64,000 bases of DNA from Seison nebaliae (lineage: Eukaryota). Under the pieces are notes generated by a model, which saw only the letters and a program-made list of their open reading frames with translations, was not told the origin of the DNA and did not search any database. The position numbers and the translations under genes are program-made. Shown here piece after piece: positions 1-11,963 of this stretch (position 1 is its first letter; each line of letters opens with the position of its first letter). The stretch spans positions 1-64,000 of the forward strand of contig JALJEE010000685.1 in assembly GCA_023231475.1 (NCBI GenBank), written 5' to 3'.

Positions 1-257
1 CGAAATAATTAAATTAGTGCACATATTTGGGCACAGACGCCCTTACAAATAACATATTCTTTCATGAAAAATAATGCCGCATTTTTTGGTGCTTTTTTTA
101 TTTTGATTGGTGAGTGACACGTGGATGATGTTCCCTTGTAAGACGAATATCTAAGATATCTAAATTTAAATATTATATAATGGTTTTATTAATATTAAAA
201 TTAAGTTAAGCTTGTGAAATAGGAATTTGTTATACTTTTCATGTTGTCAGTTTTCAC

Positions 258-1187
258 ATGGCTGAATTATTAAAAAATTTAGGAAAGAATAATGAGAATC
301 TATCGTCGCCGGATTCCAAGAAACGTAAGAAGGATGTTCAGGACAGGTTAACGACAAAAGCACGAGTGTATGAAATGTCAACGGAGTTGAATTGTTTGAA
401 TCTCAAAGTTGATGTAATCAACAACAATATGGTGGAGTTAAATCGGAAAACGACATCTTATTCAAAGAAATAAGAGATAACAATATTCCTATCTGCAAGT
501 GTAATTTGGTGCTGGAGGAAATCAAGTCTGTAATATCCGAAGTTGAGGTAAAAATGTCGAATCTTTGTGATATCGCTCCCAACACCATTAAAAATATTGG
601 TACGGATGATTCGTCAACATCGATTGATGAATGTCTGGATTCTTTTGTGTCGGCTGTCCAGAGAAGTATTATAAATAATATAAATAATACCAGTGTTCCT
701 ACCGCTCCTGTCAGATGACACTCCTACGAAGAATCAGGTTATGAATAAGAGCACAAATAGTAATAAAAGAAATAAGAAACCTCGTCCAACAGTTAAATGT
801 TCGGGTGTGGAAGACTCATTAATAGTGGCGGTTCGCAAGGTCCCAGAATTGGCCACGAGAAGAGTAATTCTATCGAGAATCGATAGAACGATTCCTCTGG
901 AAAATATTAATCAATTCCTTAAGAATCGTAACATTGAAACTCGCGGAATTTCCAGAATTTGCAAGAAGAAAGATGGAGAAACGATGGAGAGTCGATCTTC
1001 TAAAGTGATCGTTGCGATTGCAGCGTCAGATATGGAAAAAATATCAAAACCAGAGTTCTGGCCATCGGGAGTGGAATCTCGTTCGTTTTTTTTCGATGAA
1101 AGAACGAAAAAATTTTTAAACAACCAATGTGAACATCTGAAGTGTAACATGGTTGGTTATATATACTTATATATAGATCGATGTTAG
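258..1187 (+). mobile_element. Degenerate non-LTR retrotransposon ORF1-like remnant (CR1/Jockey-type), broken into three ORFs
   Basis: Three consecutive ORFs (258-473, 506-718, 693-1187) are separated by stops or frameshifts. A coiled-coil-like N-terminal part is followed by RRVILSRI...SKVIVAIAASDMEKISKPEFWPSGVESRSFF, resembling the C-terminal 'P..WP.G+..R.F' motif of CR1-like ORF1 proteins. No introns are evident. Confidence 0.5.
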
Positions 1188-1463
1188 TTGATGAAGATAC
1201 CAACGTGAACGGTACCATCTGACTACAGGACGGCGTTACGAATGTTCACTCTAAAGAGACGTATAACAATAATAATTTTATTGGTGTTAATATTATTTCT
1301 TTCAACTCTCATGGACCTCAAGGTTTTCTTCCTGATCTATGTGAGTTGCTCCCCTTCCTCCTCCTCCCTAATCTTTCCAATGCCCGAAAATATAGATATA
1401 TATAATCCCCCCTTTTTTAAAAAAATGCAAAATTTTTCTGATAGCGCTACTTTACATATCATT

Positions 1464-2303
1464 ATGTCAAGGGTATATTTTCTACCAAGTTCCCGAGGGA
1501 ACGATATTTTAGTCCAAGAAAAGAGTTATTGTTTTTATAAATGAAAGACGTATAAGTCAGGAAGCTCGGCATGGACTTGCAGTCGACGGAAAACAGAAAA
1601 TTGCAAACTCACGGTTTGTCTTTCGGAAGAAAACAAGGTAATAGCCGTGAATCACCAACACTCGCATGGGCCTGATGAGTTAGAAGTGAAAAAATTAAAA
1701 GTGATGGACTCCATCATCAATCATCGCACGAACCTTAGGAAACGAAAACGAGGAGCCACAAAATAAGTTTGTAAGAATTTCGTCGGTTAAAAGAAATATT
1801 AGGCAAAAACAATGCAGTGCCACGTACAGTTTTGAGGACGGTATTAAATTCGATGAAGAAGACTTCATTTTATATATAAACAAAAACATCGTAGGAAGAA
1901 TGCCTTTCCAAATCCATCTTTTCGCCGATGGAACTTTCGATCGAACGCCGCAGAATTTCTTCCAAATATATTCCATTGCATTATTGGTTAATTGCAAATA
2001 TATTGTGTTGGAGAAGAGCGAAAATTAACATACTATCCCCTTCATTTTTATGAAGGGGAAGAGCGAAGAGCGCTACTTCAAAGCATTCAGCAAATTGAAG
2101 AATTTGTTGAATATAGATCCAGAAAGCGTCACCATGGATTTTGAATTGACTGCAATTAACGGGTAGAAAAGGATCTTCAATAATTGTGTTATGCACGGTT
2201 GTTTTTTCAACCTGGAACAGGCAATAAACCGGCATATCGCAACTACCGGGAAAAAAACATTATACGCGGAAGATAAAACCTTCCAAGTCAAGAGCCTTGG
2301 CTA
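1464..2303 (+). mobile_element. Mutator-like (MULE) transposase pseudogene with FLYWCH-type Zn finger
   Basis: Fragments across frames: SSRGNDILV..YCFYK*..AWTCSRRKTENC..HQHSH (FLYWCH/WRKY-like), HLFADGTFDRTPQNFFQIY (first catalytic D), DPESVTMDFELTAIN (second D) and GCFFNLEQAINRH (CxxH-region equivalent). Multiple stops and frameshifts. Confidence 0.75.
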
Positions 2304-2727
2304 GTTGACTCGAAACCATCTTGGCTTCTCCCCCCGATTCTGATAATCGCTCTGGTCCACCTTCCGGTGTTTTATGTACTTTGATTTCTAAAGATCTCCA
2401 CTCCTCTTCATTTACCCAACTATCAATAGAATTATTGACATGTAGAAAATTATCAAAAATAAAAGGCGATTGAATTCTTTCCGGTCCGAATACATGTAAG
2501 AATACCACTTTTAAAGAATGCTCAATAACTACGCAATTTTTTTGGAATTTTTTTTAATGTAGCTGATTATGCTGTACATTGTAGAGCTGCACAGTCTAGC
2601 ACATTGAAAAAGCCATGTTATGACAGAAGTTATGATCTATTTTATAAAGTTTCTATTTATAACTCCTAAAGTGTCCGATTACTTTAAATTTTTACCGTAA
2701 TAACAAGGCTAGTTTTGAAAAATTATA

Positions 2728-2846
2728 CCATAAAGCAAATCAATTAGGTTCATATCTTTTTTAATCATCTCCAAAGGTGCTATATATTCTGAGTGTCGTT
2801 TTATTAAACAACAAAAATATATGAACCAAATTAATTTACTTTATGG
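2728..2846. mobile_element. Short MITE-like element with ~34-bp imperfect terminal inverted repeats, flanked by TA
   Basis: Left end is CCATAAAGCAAATCAATTAGGTTCATATCTTTTT. The right end reverse-complements to CCATAAAGTAAATTAATTTGGTTCATATATTTTT. TA occurs at 2726-27 and 2847-48, as for a Tc1/mariner-type TSD. Confidence 0.55.
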
Positions 2847-3015
2847 TATTATCTTGATCAACAGTGATCTGCGTATGTCGTTGCACCCCTAGGAGTGCAA
2901 AAATCGTATCTTAAATCGTATGTATTAAAAGGGATCGTACTAACATATCGTAAGTAATATTTTTAACAAGAAAAATTACCACCTTGTTATACTATTCACT
3001 ACAGTATTAAAAATG

Positions 3016-3053
3016 GTCTCCGAATTGTCGAGTCTCCGAATTGTCTGTCCCCC
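3016..3053. repeat. Tandem GTCTCCGAATTGTC x2 ending in TGTCCCCC; likely MULE terminal repeat
   Basis: Exact 14-mer at 3016-3029 and 3032-3045, about 700 bp downstream of the MULE transposase remnant. Internally repetitive ends are common in MULE TIRs. Confidence 0.45.
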
Positions 3054-4859
3054 AATATCGAGCAAATTCTAATTTACTCACTACTCTTCCTTCCGAAATT
3101 CATCTATTTGACAGTCAATCAGTCTAGTATGATTTTTGACCATCTGTGTCAAACATTTACCAAGGACATAACAAATTATAGAGCATGAGCATAGAAGAAA
3201 AAAAATGAAGTGAAAAAAGAAAATATAAAAGAAACTGGGAAGAACTATCGAAAGGAAGAAACAATAGATTACCTGGATCAAATAGGATCAGTTTTAGCAT
3301 TAGATAATTTAGAAAAACATAAAGAATTAAAACATATTCATAACATTTGTCCCCCAAAATAATTTCGGTATATTATATTATTTCATTTTACTTTATAGTT
3401 TTTTCCTTTATCTAATATTGAATAACATTTTTCTTTAAATTCAATACTTCACTTTTTTTTAAATAACTTTTTTATAATGAAATTTAAAAATTGTTTTGAG
3501 GAGTAACATCGATATAAAATATCACGTGAAAAATGATTTAGTTAGAAATGACGCTCTTGAGAAATAACTGGGCTCCGATTTATCATTTGTAACTTGGGTG
3601 TTACTGCGATAGTAATAAAGGTAATAATATGCCGTCTCTTTATTTGACCCCACCTGCAGAAAATCAGCTGCATTGTCGTCTCTCAGTGGATGATGTTCAT
3701 GTCTATAAAATATATTATGAAGAAATTAATAACTTTTTCAACCTTGATCTCGATCTTTTTCTTTGCTTCTTGGCGCAACAAAATATAAAACAGACAAAAC
3801 ATAATATACCTGTTAGAAAACTTATACCAATTACCCAATAGTATACGCTTGTTTCAATTTTTTTTGCAGCGGGAATTTTCGAAATTATTTCTAAAAGAAT
3901 CATTAATCCACTGTGATTTAATATTATTAAACTTTGTTTAAAATCTATCAGTTCTATTGAAGTACCAATCTTCGCAAAAATTTTTGGGTCGGGAAGATTA
4001 AGCGACCATTCTAATAATGAATTATCTACCTAAGTTTGTTTAATTGCTTATGAAAAAAATTAATGCAACTTCTGCACTTGCTATTAATTCTGTCTCGCAA
4101 AATATATCTAAATCATTTGCCGTACCGTTAATGATTCGGGTTGAATTTATGTTCCACTTTATATTTTTTTTGTCTGTATAGTCCTTAATGAAAACGTGAG
4201 TTAGATAATTAAACAGAAGAACTGACTTTTAATGTCATTTTTGAACGACAGATTTTACGTTTTTCCTCTAACGTTGTCGAAGAATCTCTCATAGTATTTC
4301 TTTCACTTTCAGTAGATTTTGAAATTTTCGCAGTAAATTTAAGTTTCTTTGTAATTGTATTTGATTTGGATTCGGTCTTATATTTTGTACCATTTTCACT
4401 ATTTTTTTGAAAATTTTTCACAGAAGACATTTGCTGGGTTGTTGTCAAGAGCTACTGAGAAAGCATTATGCACAAAACTCCCGTCTATTCACAAATTAAA
4501 CTCATTTATATTTATATACACATATATTTAACAGAATAAAAATGTTTTTGATAGACGAAATATTATTTATCTTATTAAATTAAGGATTGTGGTTATTATT
4601 GTCCTTTACTCTGACATTTAGTTTTTTCTAATAAAAACGAAAGGAAAAAAAGGAGAAAAGAAGGAACAAGATTGGATGGAGCTGCAGAAAAATCAATTCA
4701 TCTATCGGAAAAAATATATAAAGAAAGATCAAAAAACATCTGTAAATTTCGATACAGGGACAAGTCGAACGCCACTCTCGATAAGAATCCTCAAGGCGCT
4801 AGACTGATTTTTTCCTATCAGGGTCTTGGTAGACTTCAAGGTAGGCACCTGTTCGTCAG

Positions 4860-5650
4860 GTAACCGAGACACTGATTAAAATGAGAAAATGAACTCACGA
4901 AATTCTCAAGAATTGTCGAAAGAGATGAGTGGTTTATCGAATAAGAAATGGAGGAATGTCGGTGACAGCGAAAGTAGGATTACGATTGATACTGCGGAAA
5001 CAGCCAATAAGTCGACGGACTATGTTGTTATAAGTTCGGTCCATTATGAGGAATGAGCTGTACGAGACAAGTGAAGAGAAAACGTGAATTCGAATTAACA
5101 AAGAAAAATACTTCGATCGTGTTGCGAATGAAAATGATTTTCGTACGAATTTTTTCCGATGTGATCGAGTGAGGCGGATGCAGCCATTTGGGAATCTAGG
5201 AGACCTCCTATGAGAACTAAAAAGAGAGATTTTTTCACGACGGAGAGAGTTGTGGAAAGTCCAACAACGTCGGATTAATCTTGATTGAAACTTCCCCTAA
5301 GGGAGTCTGTGCTCTTTCGCGAATTCGCATTCCAGAAAGTCGACGGGTTCGTGGACGTTAGAAGACGTTTCGCAGATTTATTCCAGCGGAGACGTCCGAC
5401 GCCATGTCGGAAAGAACGCGGATTAATGCGGCGCATATTTCTGGCGATGATGAGGTATGGGAAAGACTGGAGAGTTTTGCGTACTCTGTTCAGAGAGTGG
5501 TAGGATGGTGTGAAAAAGTGGAAGAGATCGTCAGTGTGATTGTTCGGTGTGAGTAGCTGATGAATGAGTGAGGGGTTACATTACTTGCGACGAGTCCAAC
5601 CAGTTGTGGTCACGATCGAAATAAAACTTGAAGCGTTGTGTCTGAGATTC
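4860..5650 (-). mobile_element. Possible decayed LINE ORF2 fragment (endonuclease-RT linker)
   Basis: GC is visibly higher than in the flanks. Minus-strand fragments RNMRRINPRSFRHGVGRLRWNK and PKWL loosely resemble the CR1/L2 linker. No RT core motifs are seen. Confidence 0.25.
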
Positions 5651-6329
5651 TTGGATTATGTCGTTAATTTTGCAATAGTTTTCACCAACATTTATTCCAA
5701 ATAAATTTCAACCAACTTTGTGGATTGAAGAACATCAATTGCTTTATGTACAAAAGAATTTTTGTTTCGATAAGAGATAAAACACAAACATTCATATTCA
5801 AATGGGTAAACATGCTATTATTAATTAAAAAACTAACAATATTAGTATTGTATAGTACCATATTCGTCCTTCTCTCAAAAGGTAATGTTGTTATCAGAGT
5901 TCTTACAAATTGCCTAAGTAAGAATATTTGTTTTATTATTAGAAATCTTTTATCTTATCATTTTTGTTATGAAAGTTTTGGAATTCTTGAAATATAGAAA
6001 TATTTGAACAAATACATTTTAACAAGACACTCGTGTAATATTCGTAACCTAATTCGTTTATGTTCTTATTCGGTATTTATATCTGTATCTTACCATTTTC
6101 CGCATTTATTAAATCACTTCTTAATCTTAAATTCAATATATATAACAGACTTCAAATTCTCTCACTCAAACTTAACTACTGTTAGTTTATATTTTGTATC
6201 TTTTCCTATAATACTAATATCCTTTAACTTTCTTTTTATACAGTAATAACAATTCGTAATATTTGTAATTTCTAACACTACTTAAGCAGTATAAGATTAT
6301 TATTCTCATTTGCTTGTCATTCACGACAA

Positions 6330-6391
6330 CTACGTAATAGCTAACCTGCTATTTTTTTTATTTACAGAAGTTGTGCTTGTCGTCGTCGCTC

Positions 6392-6422
<31 letters not shown>

Positions 6423-6450
6423 AGTGGTCGAGGTTGTTGTTGTTGTTGTT

Positions 6451-6521
<71 letters not shown>

Positions 6522-9514
6522 AACTGTTGTTGATGTTGGAACTGTTGTTGATGTTGTTGTTGTTGGTGGTGTGGTAGTAGTAGTAGTTTTTGTTGTTGTT
6601 GCTGGCGTTGTAGTAGTTGTTGCTGTTGTTGTTGGTGGTGGTGTGCCCGTTATCTGTAGTTTAGTTTCCATTCTTTTAGAGTTGTTTTCTGTTTCAGGTG
6701 TAAATTTTCCGTTATTACATCCTAAGACCAATTGGCTAGTCATATACTTACTATTTCTTATTAATAACTTCACATCGTTCAACTGCTCTTCTTCTGATGA
6801 ATGTAAGGAATCAATAACTAACAAATATGGTTGATATTGATTTTCTTTCAATTTAAATTTTATATCGATCATCGTTTTATCTTCATCAATTTCCATTTTT
6901 ATACGGTTGAGTAGCATATTCTCCTTATAATAATCGTGACGTTCCAAAATAATATTAATTCCGTCAATTTTATTGTTATATAACATAAATCGTTTTCGAT
7001 TAATTTTCACCGGTATTCTTCCACGAGACTTATAATAAAAATAGTCTAACAGAGACGTATTCAAGTCTTCTCCAACTACCGGTACAATGATTAGTTGAAA
7101 AACTGATTTCTGATAACAAAGACCTTTAATGAAATCGGTAAAAGTTCTTAAATCCAAAAACATGGTTGAATATTTCCTATAAGTATTGACTGGATTTATT
7201 AAGGTATCAACCAATTTAATTGGTAAGGTTGTCTCCTTGATAAAATCATTACAATCATTCATAGGATATTTATTCACATGTAAAGATAAATTTGGTTTCC
7301 GTATATTTTCACAAATTTCGATCTTCTTACAATATTTTGTTGGTTTGATTACTTTGTGGTCGTAAAGTTTCCTTCGGCCATAAATTTTTCTCCGAAGTTC
7401 TTTTAACTCTTTTTTATATATTCCTTTATAGTAGAGATGGAATCCATTACCTTTATAGAAATTTTTTTGTTGTTCATCCAAATCCATCGATGAGTCGTAA
7501 GTGAATGTTTGTTTTATAATTTCCTTATCGAATCTTTTATCGACTGTTAATTTGATTTTCACAATCGAATATATTTTCTTGGTTTGTATAAGATATGGAA
7601 GATCCGAAACTTCTCGATTACCACAAGTAGCAGAATAAATAGAAGAACTGTAAAAAATCTCTTTTTTCACTTCATCCTCTATTTTGTCTAATTTGAGATT
7701 TCTTATTATTTTTCTCCGATTTTCTATCGGTCCTGTTAAGTAATATTCCACAACAGTAAAATGATCATCTAAACATGTCATTGGATATTCTGCTGGAAAA
7801 GATATCTGACGATATCCACAAATAAAAACTAAATTTTCATTTTTTTGAAAATAAAATGAAATTGAACTTTTGCATAATCCAAAATTATTAAAATTGCTCC
7901 AGTTCGTGTGTTCACATTCGGTCTCAACCACCAAGTATATGTATATTTTTCATCTTTTATTGGATAATTGTCTGGCCATAACGGCGATGAAATTTCATCA
8001 AACGTGCTCAATATTTTAGGGAAACAATTAGTTTTTCGTTCATCTATTTCTGTTTAAAATTCCCAAATTGGAAGAAAAGTTCATAAAATAATATACTTTT
8101 TTCATTCAAATTGCTCCAAAGTTTGTTGAAAATTGTGGAATTGTATCGTTCCAAACAAATATCATTGATAGAACACCATTCTAATTCCATATCCCGTCCA
8201 CTTTTCCATCCTTCTATCTCCGGAGTTGGTACCATTGGGCAATAACTATCAAATTCTATTAGCATGAGAAACAGTTGATCAAACTAGAAAACTAGAAAAA
8301 AATAAGAAAATTTTTTAAACTATTTAATTTGATACTGAAATTTTTAGGTCGATTAATTTTGAATCTATAAAATTTTTTTGTTGCCAATAATTGATTGGGT
8401 TGACATAAATCTAGTGAACCAACTTAAAAGAATTAAAAGACAATTAAAACTAAAATACTAAACCTCCATTTACATTGACACCGGTTATTTCATGACAAAT
8501 AATTCCATCAATATTAATAGACCATTCCTTTAAGAAGGAAAGTTTAAATTACAAATATAAAATATATTCTTTCTAAAAAAAAACCATCGAATTGGACGAC
8601 TCGATATTGATAATTTTAATATTCTTCTCCACTCTTATCTCTCCATTTGTCTCTCTCATATTTCTCAAGTAAATGTTCCTCACTTCGTGTTTCTTATTAT
8701 CTTTAAATTCATTCTATATAAGACGTTGGACTAAAAATTAACTTGAAATTTCATAATGTTTTCGCGAATTGAGAACTCCTAAAATTTTTTGATCAAACTG
8801 TTCAAAAATTTTCATTAAAATTCTAATATCATCTTCACCAATATTCAAATCGTCACAATTGATCATAATCTCATTATTAATATTATCCATTCGACTAATA
8901 AATAAATTTTTAATGAAATCAAATTCTGGTTAACTTTTTTAAGTGAAAAATCAAATGGATATGTTGGAAATTAAGAAAATTCTCCAACGAATTACCATAT
9001 ACGGGAATATTTACAGGTTCGATATTGAGGAAAATCGAATAATATTTGTACAAAAACTTTTTATATAATCGTTCTAGTGCAAATGTTAATAGACGTTTTG
9101 TTTTACCTATTCACAAAAAAGAAAGTTTATTTTTAAACTCAATCCACAAATTTTCGACATAATAGTATTTCCCGTTATTAAAATGTTATTTATTTTTCTC
9201 TCATTTTATAAATGGATAAACCTGTCAATCGATAATCTAATTCATATTTCAGTGGTATGTACACAACAGGATCATAATCCAAATCATGTATTTTGTTCTT
9301 CCATTTGTACCAGTTGATATTGTCTTTAAGATACCGATCTACTAACATTGATATTCGGTCGAATGATATTCTTTTTAAATCATTTTAAATTACGATATTG
9401 TTCAAATATGAAAAAGTTCGAAAGAAACTTTTTATTAGAAGACCATCGATCAAATGACCATTGTGAATAACAATAACATAATTCCAATAATAGAAAGGAA
9501 TATATCAACTTCAT
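6330..9514 (-). pseudogene. Multi-exon secreted protein with CUB-like segment and poly-Thr (mucin-like) C-terminal tract; apparently frameshifted
   Basis: ATG at 9514 gives signal-like MKLIYSFLLLELCYCYS, followed by several GTT..AG introns. A CUB-like ISSPLWPDNYP..YTWW segment lies near 7990 and the long ORF 6330-7934 ends in a Thr tract. I could not keep the frame near 9030 and 7900 without indels. The 3' end is uncertain. Confidence 0.45.
6370..6645 (-). repeat. (ACA/ACT/ACC)n coding microsatellite, poly-Thr
   Basis: GTT/GTA/GTG runs on the plus strand translate as TTTT... in the minus-strand ORF. Confidence 0.9.
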
Positions 9515-9982
9515 GATGCGTTTAAACAATTTAAGAGATCATTCAATTGCTCTTAACATTATTTGATGGGGAATTTTATATACTCAAACGATGTGCAACC
9601 GGCCGGGTATAATTGGTCACTAATACATTTGAACAGTTGAATGGTGAACGCTTGTCATAAATTTCATATGACGATAAATCAGGGAACTCCATTAACAACT
9701 ATTACGAACAAATAAACGACCGTGGAAAATTAATTAGAATTTGACAAGGAAAAATTTCGATTAAGTTATATCTCGTTAAACTAACAATGACAGAGAAGTG
9801 GGTAACCGTTAAAAAGTGTTTCGTTTCCTTTATTTGTTCAATGACACAATAATAATATGTTAATAAGGTTAGAGAATAAAAAAATAAGTTTACCATTGAA
9901 TAACTTGTGAAAAATAATAGAATTTCTTTTTATACTTTTTCCAAATTGAGGAATGAAATTTTTATCTTACTTCTCATTATGA

Positions 9983-11311
9983 CTATAATGATGATGATCG
10001 CCTGATAATTACTTGATCGTTTGTTACATCATTCTCACCTGGTATCATGTAGACGAACATTGGAAAATATATTTTTTTTTCAATATCTAATTTACCTTCA
10101 ATCATTTGTCGTTCGAGACGTTCGCGTAATAACCTGTATGTTTGTGAGTAATTGTCTAATAATGGATGATCGAATAGTGGAGTATATTGATAACGACTCA
10201 TACATGTGATTGCTGCATTTACGTTGAACGTTTTCTGCATATCGATACATGTAATCAAATCCTCCGTATCGATTAGAACATTCGGATTTAACTGCTTTTC
10301 TTTCATATGATACAAAGTAAGAATTCTCGGATTTCTATTGATATCTGGCAACTGTTTCAACATCTCATTAATTTCACTCACACGACTATTCTTCTTGCTT
10401 TTCTTCATACTTGGCATTGTAATGATTGACGATTTATTCTCCATATTATTCATTCCATGATCATTGGATTGATCATCTGATAAACCCATTTTACTAAAGA
10501 CACTCGCTTTATATTTGGTTTTAGCGAAAGTGCTTCTTTTTTGACGTTCAGCCGCTTCCTCCAATTTAGCCATATGTTTCTTTTGAATTTCTAATGCCCG
10601 TCGATTTAATCTTTGTTTAGGTGCCGACATACCAGGAGCTGCTTTTGCAAAAATTCTTACATCTTGTTCATTCTCTCCTGGTTTTCCTTCATAATCGTCA
10701 CGAAAATGAGTTAACCATTTTTTCGCTGTTTTAGCTGCAGCTAAAGTGGTCATCAATTTTTCACGTTGACTTCCCACGTTCGGAGTTGGAAGTAAAAGAT
10801 TAGCTGGTACATTTTGTTTATTTGAAATTATTAAAGAATTAGTGGTTTGGAATGGTTTTAATAAGTTGGGAGATCTTTCGAAATGAATTTTGTCTTGTTC
10901 AGCCAATTGACGAAATGTTTTTAACCAAGGACATTTCTGTTCACTCTTATTTTTAATGATTTGTTTCTGTTGGATAATTTGCCATTTACATCTGAGTGTC
11001 ATATTTTTAGTAATTATCGGTTTCTTTAAATCATCAATCGTCATCTTAAAAATGGTAGGGAGATAGTTTCCTATGTTCTTCTTTTTCACAAACAATACAT
11101 CATCACTTCGACATTGGGAAATTTGATCGATCTGCTTCTTATCCCAACCTCTCATAACACTGATATCTGTGCAGCTTCGACGTCTTTTATGTTTGAGTAT
11201 TTTGGAGGATATTCTTTCGATTGTTTTCAATGAAGATTCGACACGTCTTCTTCTTTGTTTTATTGATTGATCGAAAATTGCATCTTTTTCGGTTTCGATA
11301 CTTTGCTGCAC
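9983..11311 (-). CDS. Hypothetical basic protein (~440 aa); 5' exon not resolved
   Basis: A 1.3-kb stop-free frame in AT-rich DNA. An acceptor-like TTCTGTTGTAG lies just upstream near 11355. No recognisable domain. Confidence 0.65.
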   Translation of the reverse strand: MQQSIETEKDAIFDQSIKQRRRRVESSLKTIERISSKILKHKRRRSCTDISVMRGWDKKQIDQISQCRSDDVLFVKKKNIGNYLPTIFKMTIDDLKKPIITKNMTLRCKWQIIQQKQIIKNKSEQKCPWLKTFRQLAEQDKIHFERSPNLLKPFQTTNSLIISNKQNVPANLLLPTPNVGSQREKLMTTLAAAKTAKKWLTHFRDDYEGKPGENEQDVRIFAKAAPGMSAPKQRLNRRALEIQKKHMAKLEEAAERQKRSTFAKTKYKASVFSKMGLSDDQSNDHGMNNMENKSSIITMPSMKKSKKNSRVSEINEMLKQLPDINRNPRILTLYHMKEKQLNPNVLIDTEDLITCIDMQKTFNVNAAITCMSRYQYTPLFDHPLLDNYSQTYRLLRERLERQMIEGKLDIEKKIYFPMFVYMIPGENDVTNDQVIIRRSSSL

Positions 11312-11963
11312 GATCGGCGACTGATTTTGCGTGGAATCGATATTGTTTATATTTCTACAACAGAAAAAAGAATTGTGAAAGTTTAAATTAAAGAGACAAC
11401 AATTGGATTTAATTTTAGCAAAAAATAATATGTCCAGATTATTCAGGTGAGCATAACAGATAACAAATTTGATTTGTTAATTATTATCTTCTATTCATTT
11501 TTTTTGAGAATTAATTAAATAAAAAAATACAGTTAGAATTAGCATTCTATATTAAGATTAGATTAGTCTAAAATTAATTATTCCACTCTCTCCAAAATAA
11601 TAAGTGATAGCTAAAAAGAAAAGGTTGAGAAATACTTATCAAACAAATGAGAAGAAATACGAATAATATCAAAGAATGTTCATGAATGAAAAGTTTCGAT
11701 GAGTAAAGAAAACAATTTCATGCTTCCATCCAAAACAGCAGATACAGTTCATTATCATCAATAAAATTTTAGGAAACGAATCAATCTTATCAACAGGGGT
11801 GGATCATGCTACTCACGCGATATCTATGTTCGGATGTATGCATAGAAACAAATCTGTAGACGAATCCATCAAATAATTAAAAATAGAATTACTTGAAATG
11901 ATTTTAAATAAATTTCATTTTTTTTCCAGTTTACACAAATTTTTTTTAAAAAAATAAAACTAT

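Noticed and set aside
3081..4863. Short ORFs in the TE patch
   Set aside because: Low-complexity AT-rich frames with no motifs or consistent splice structure.
6331..6350. CTAACCTG resembling the predicted variant U1 5' end
   Set aside because: It is just the reverse complement of a CAG|GTTAG donor-like site. No U1 stem-loops or Sm site follow.
6310..6834. 174-aa poly-Val ORF on plus strand
   Set aside because: Antisense shadow of the poly-Thr microsatellite in the minus-strand gene.
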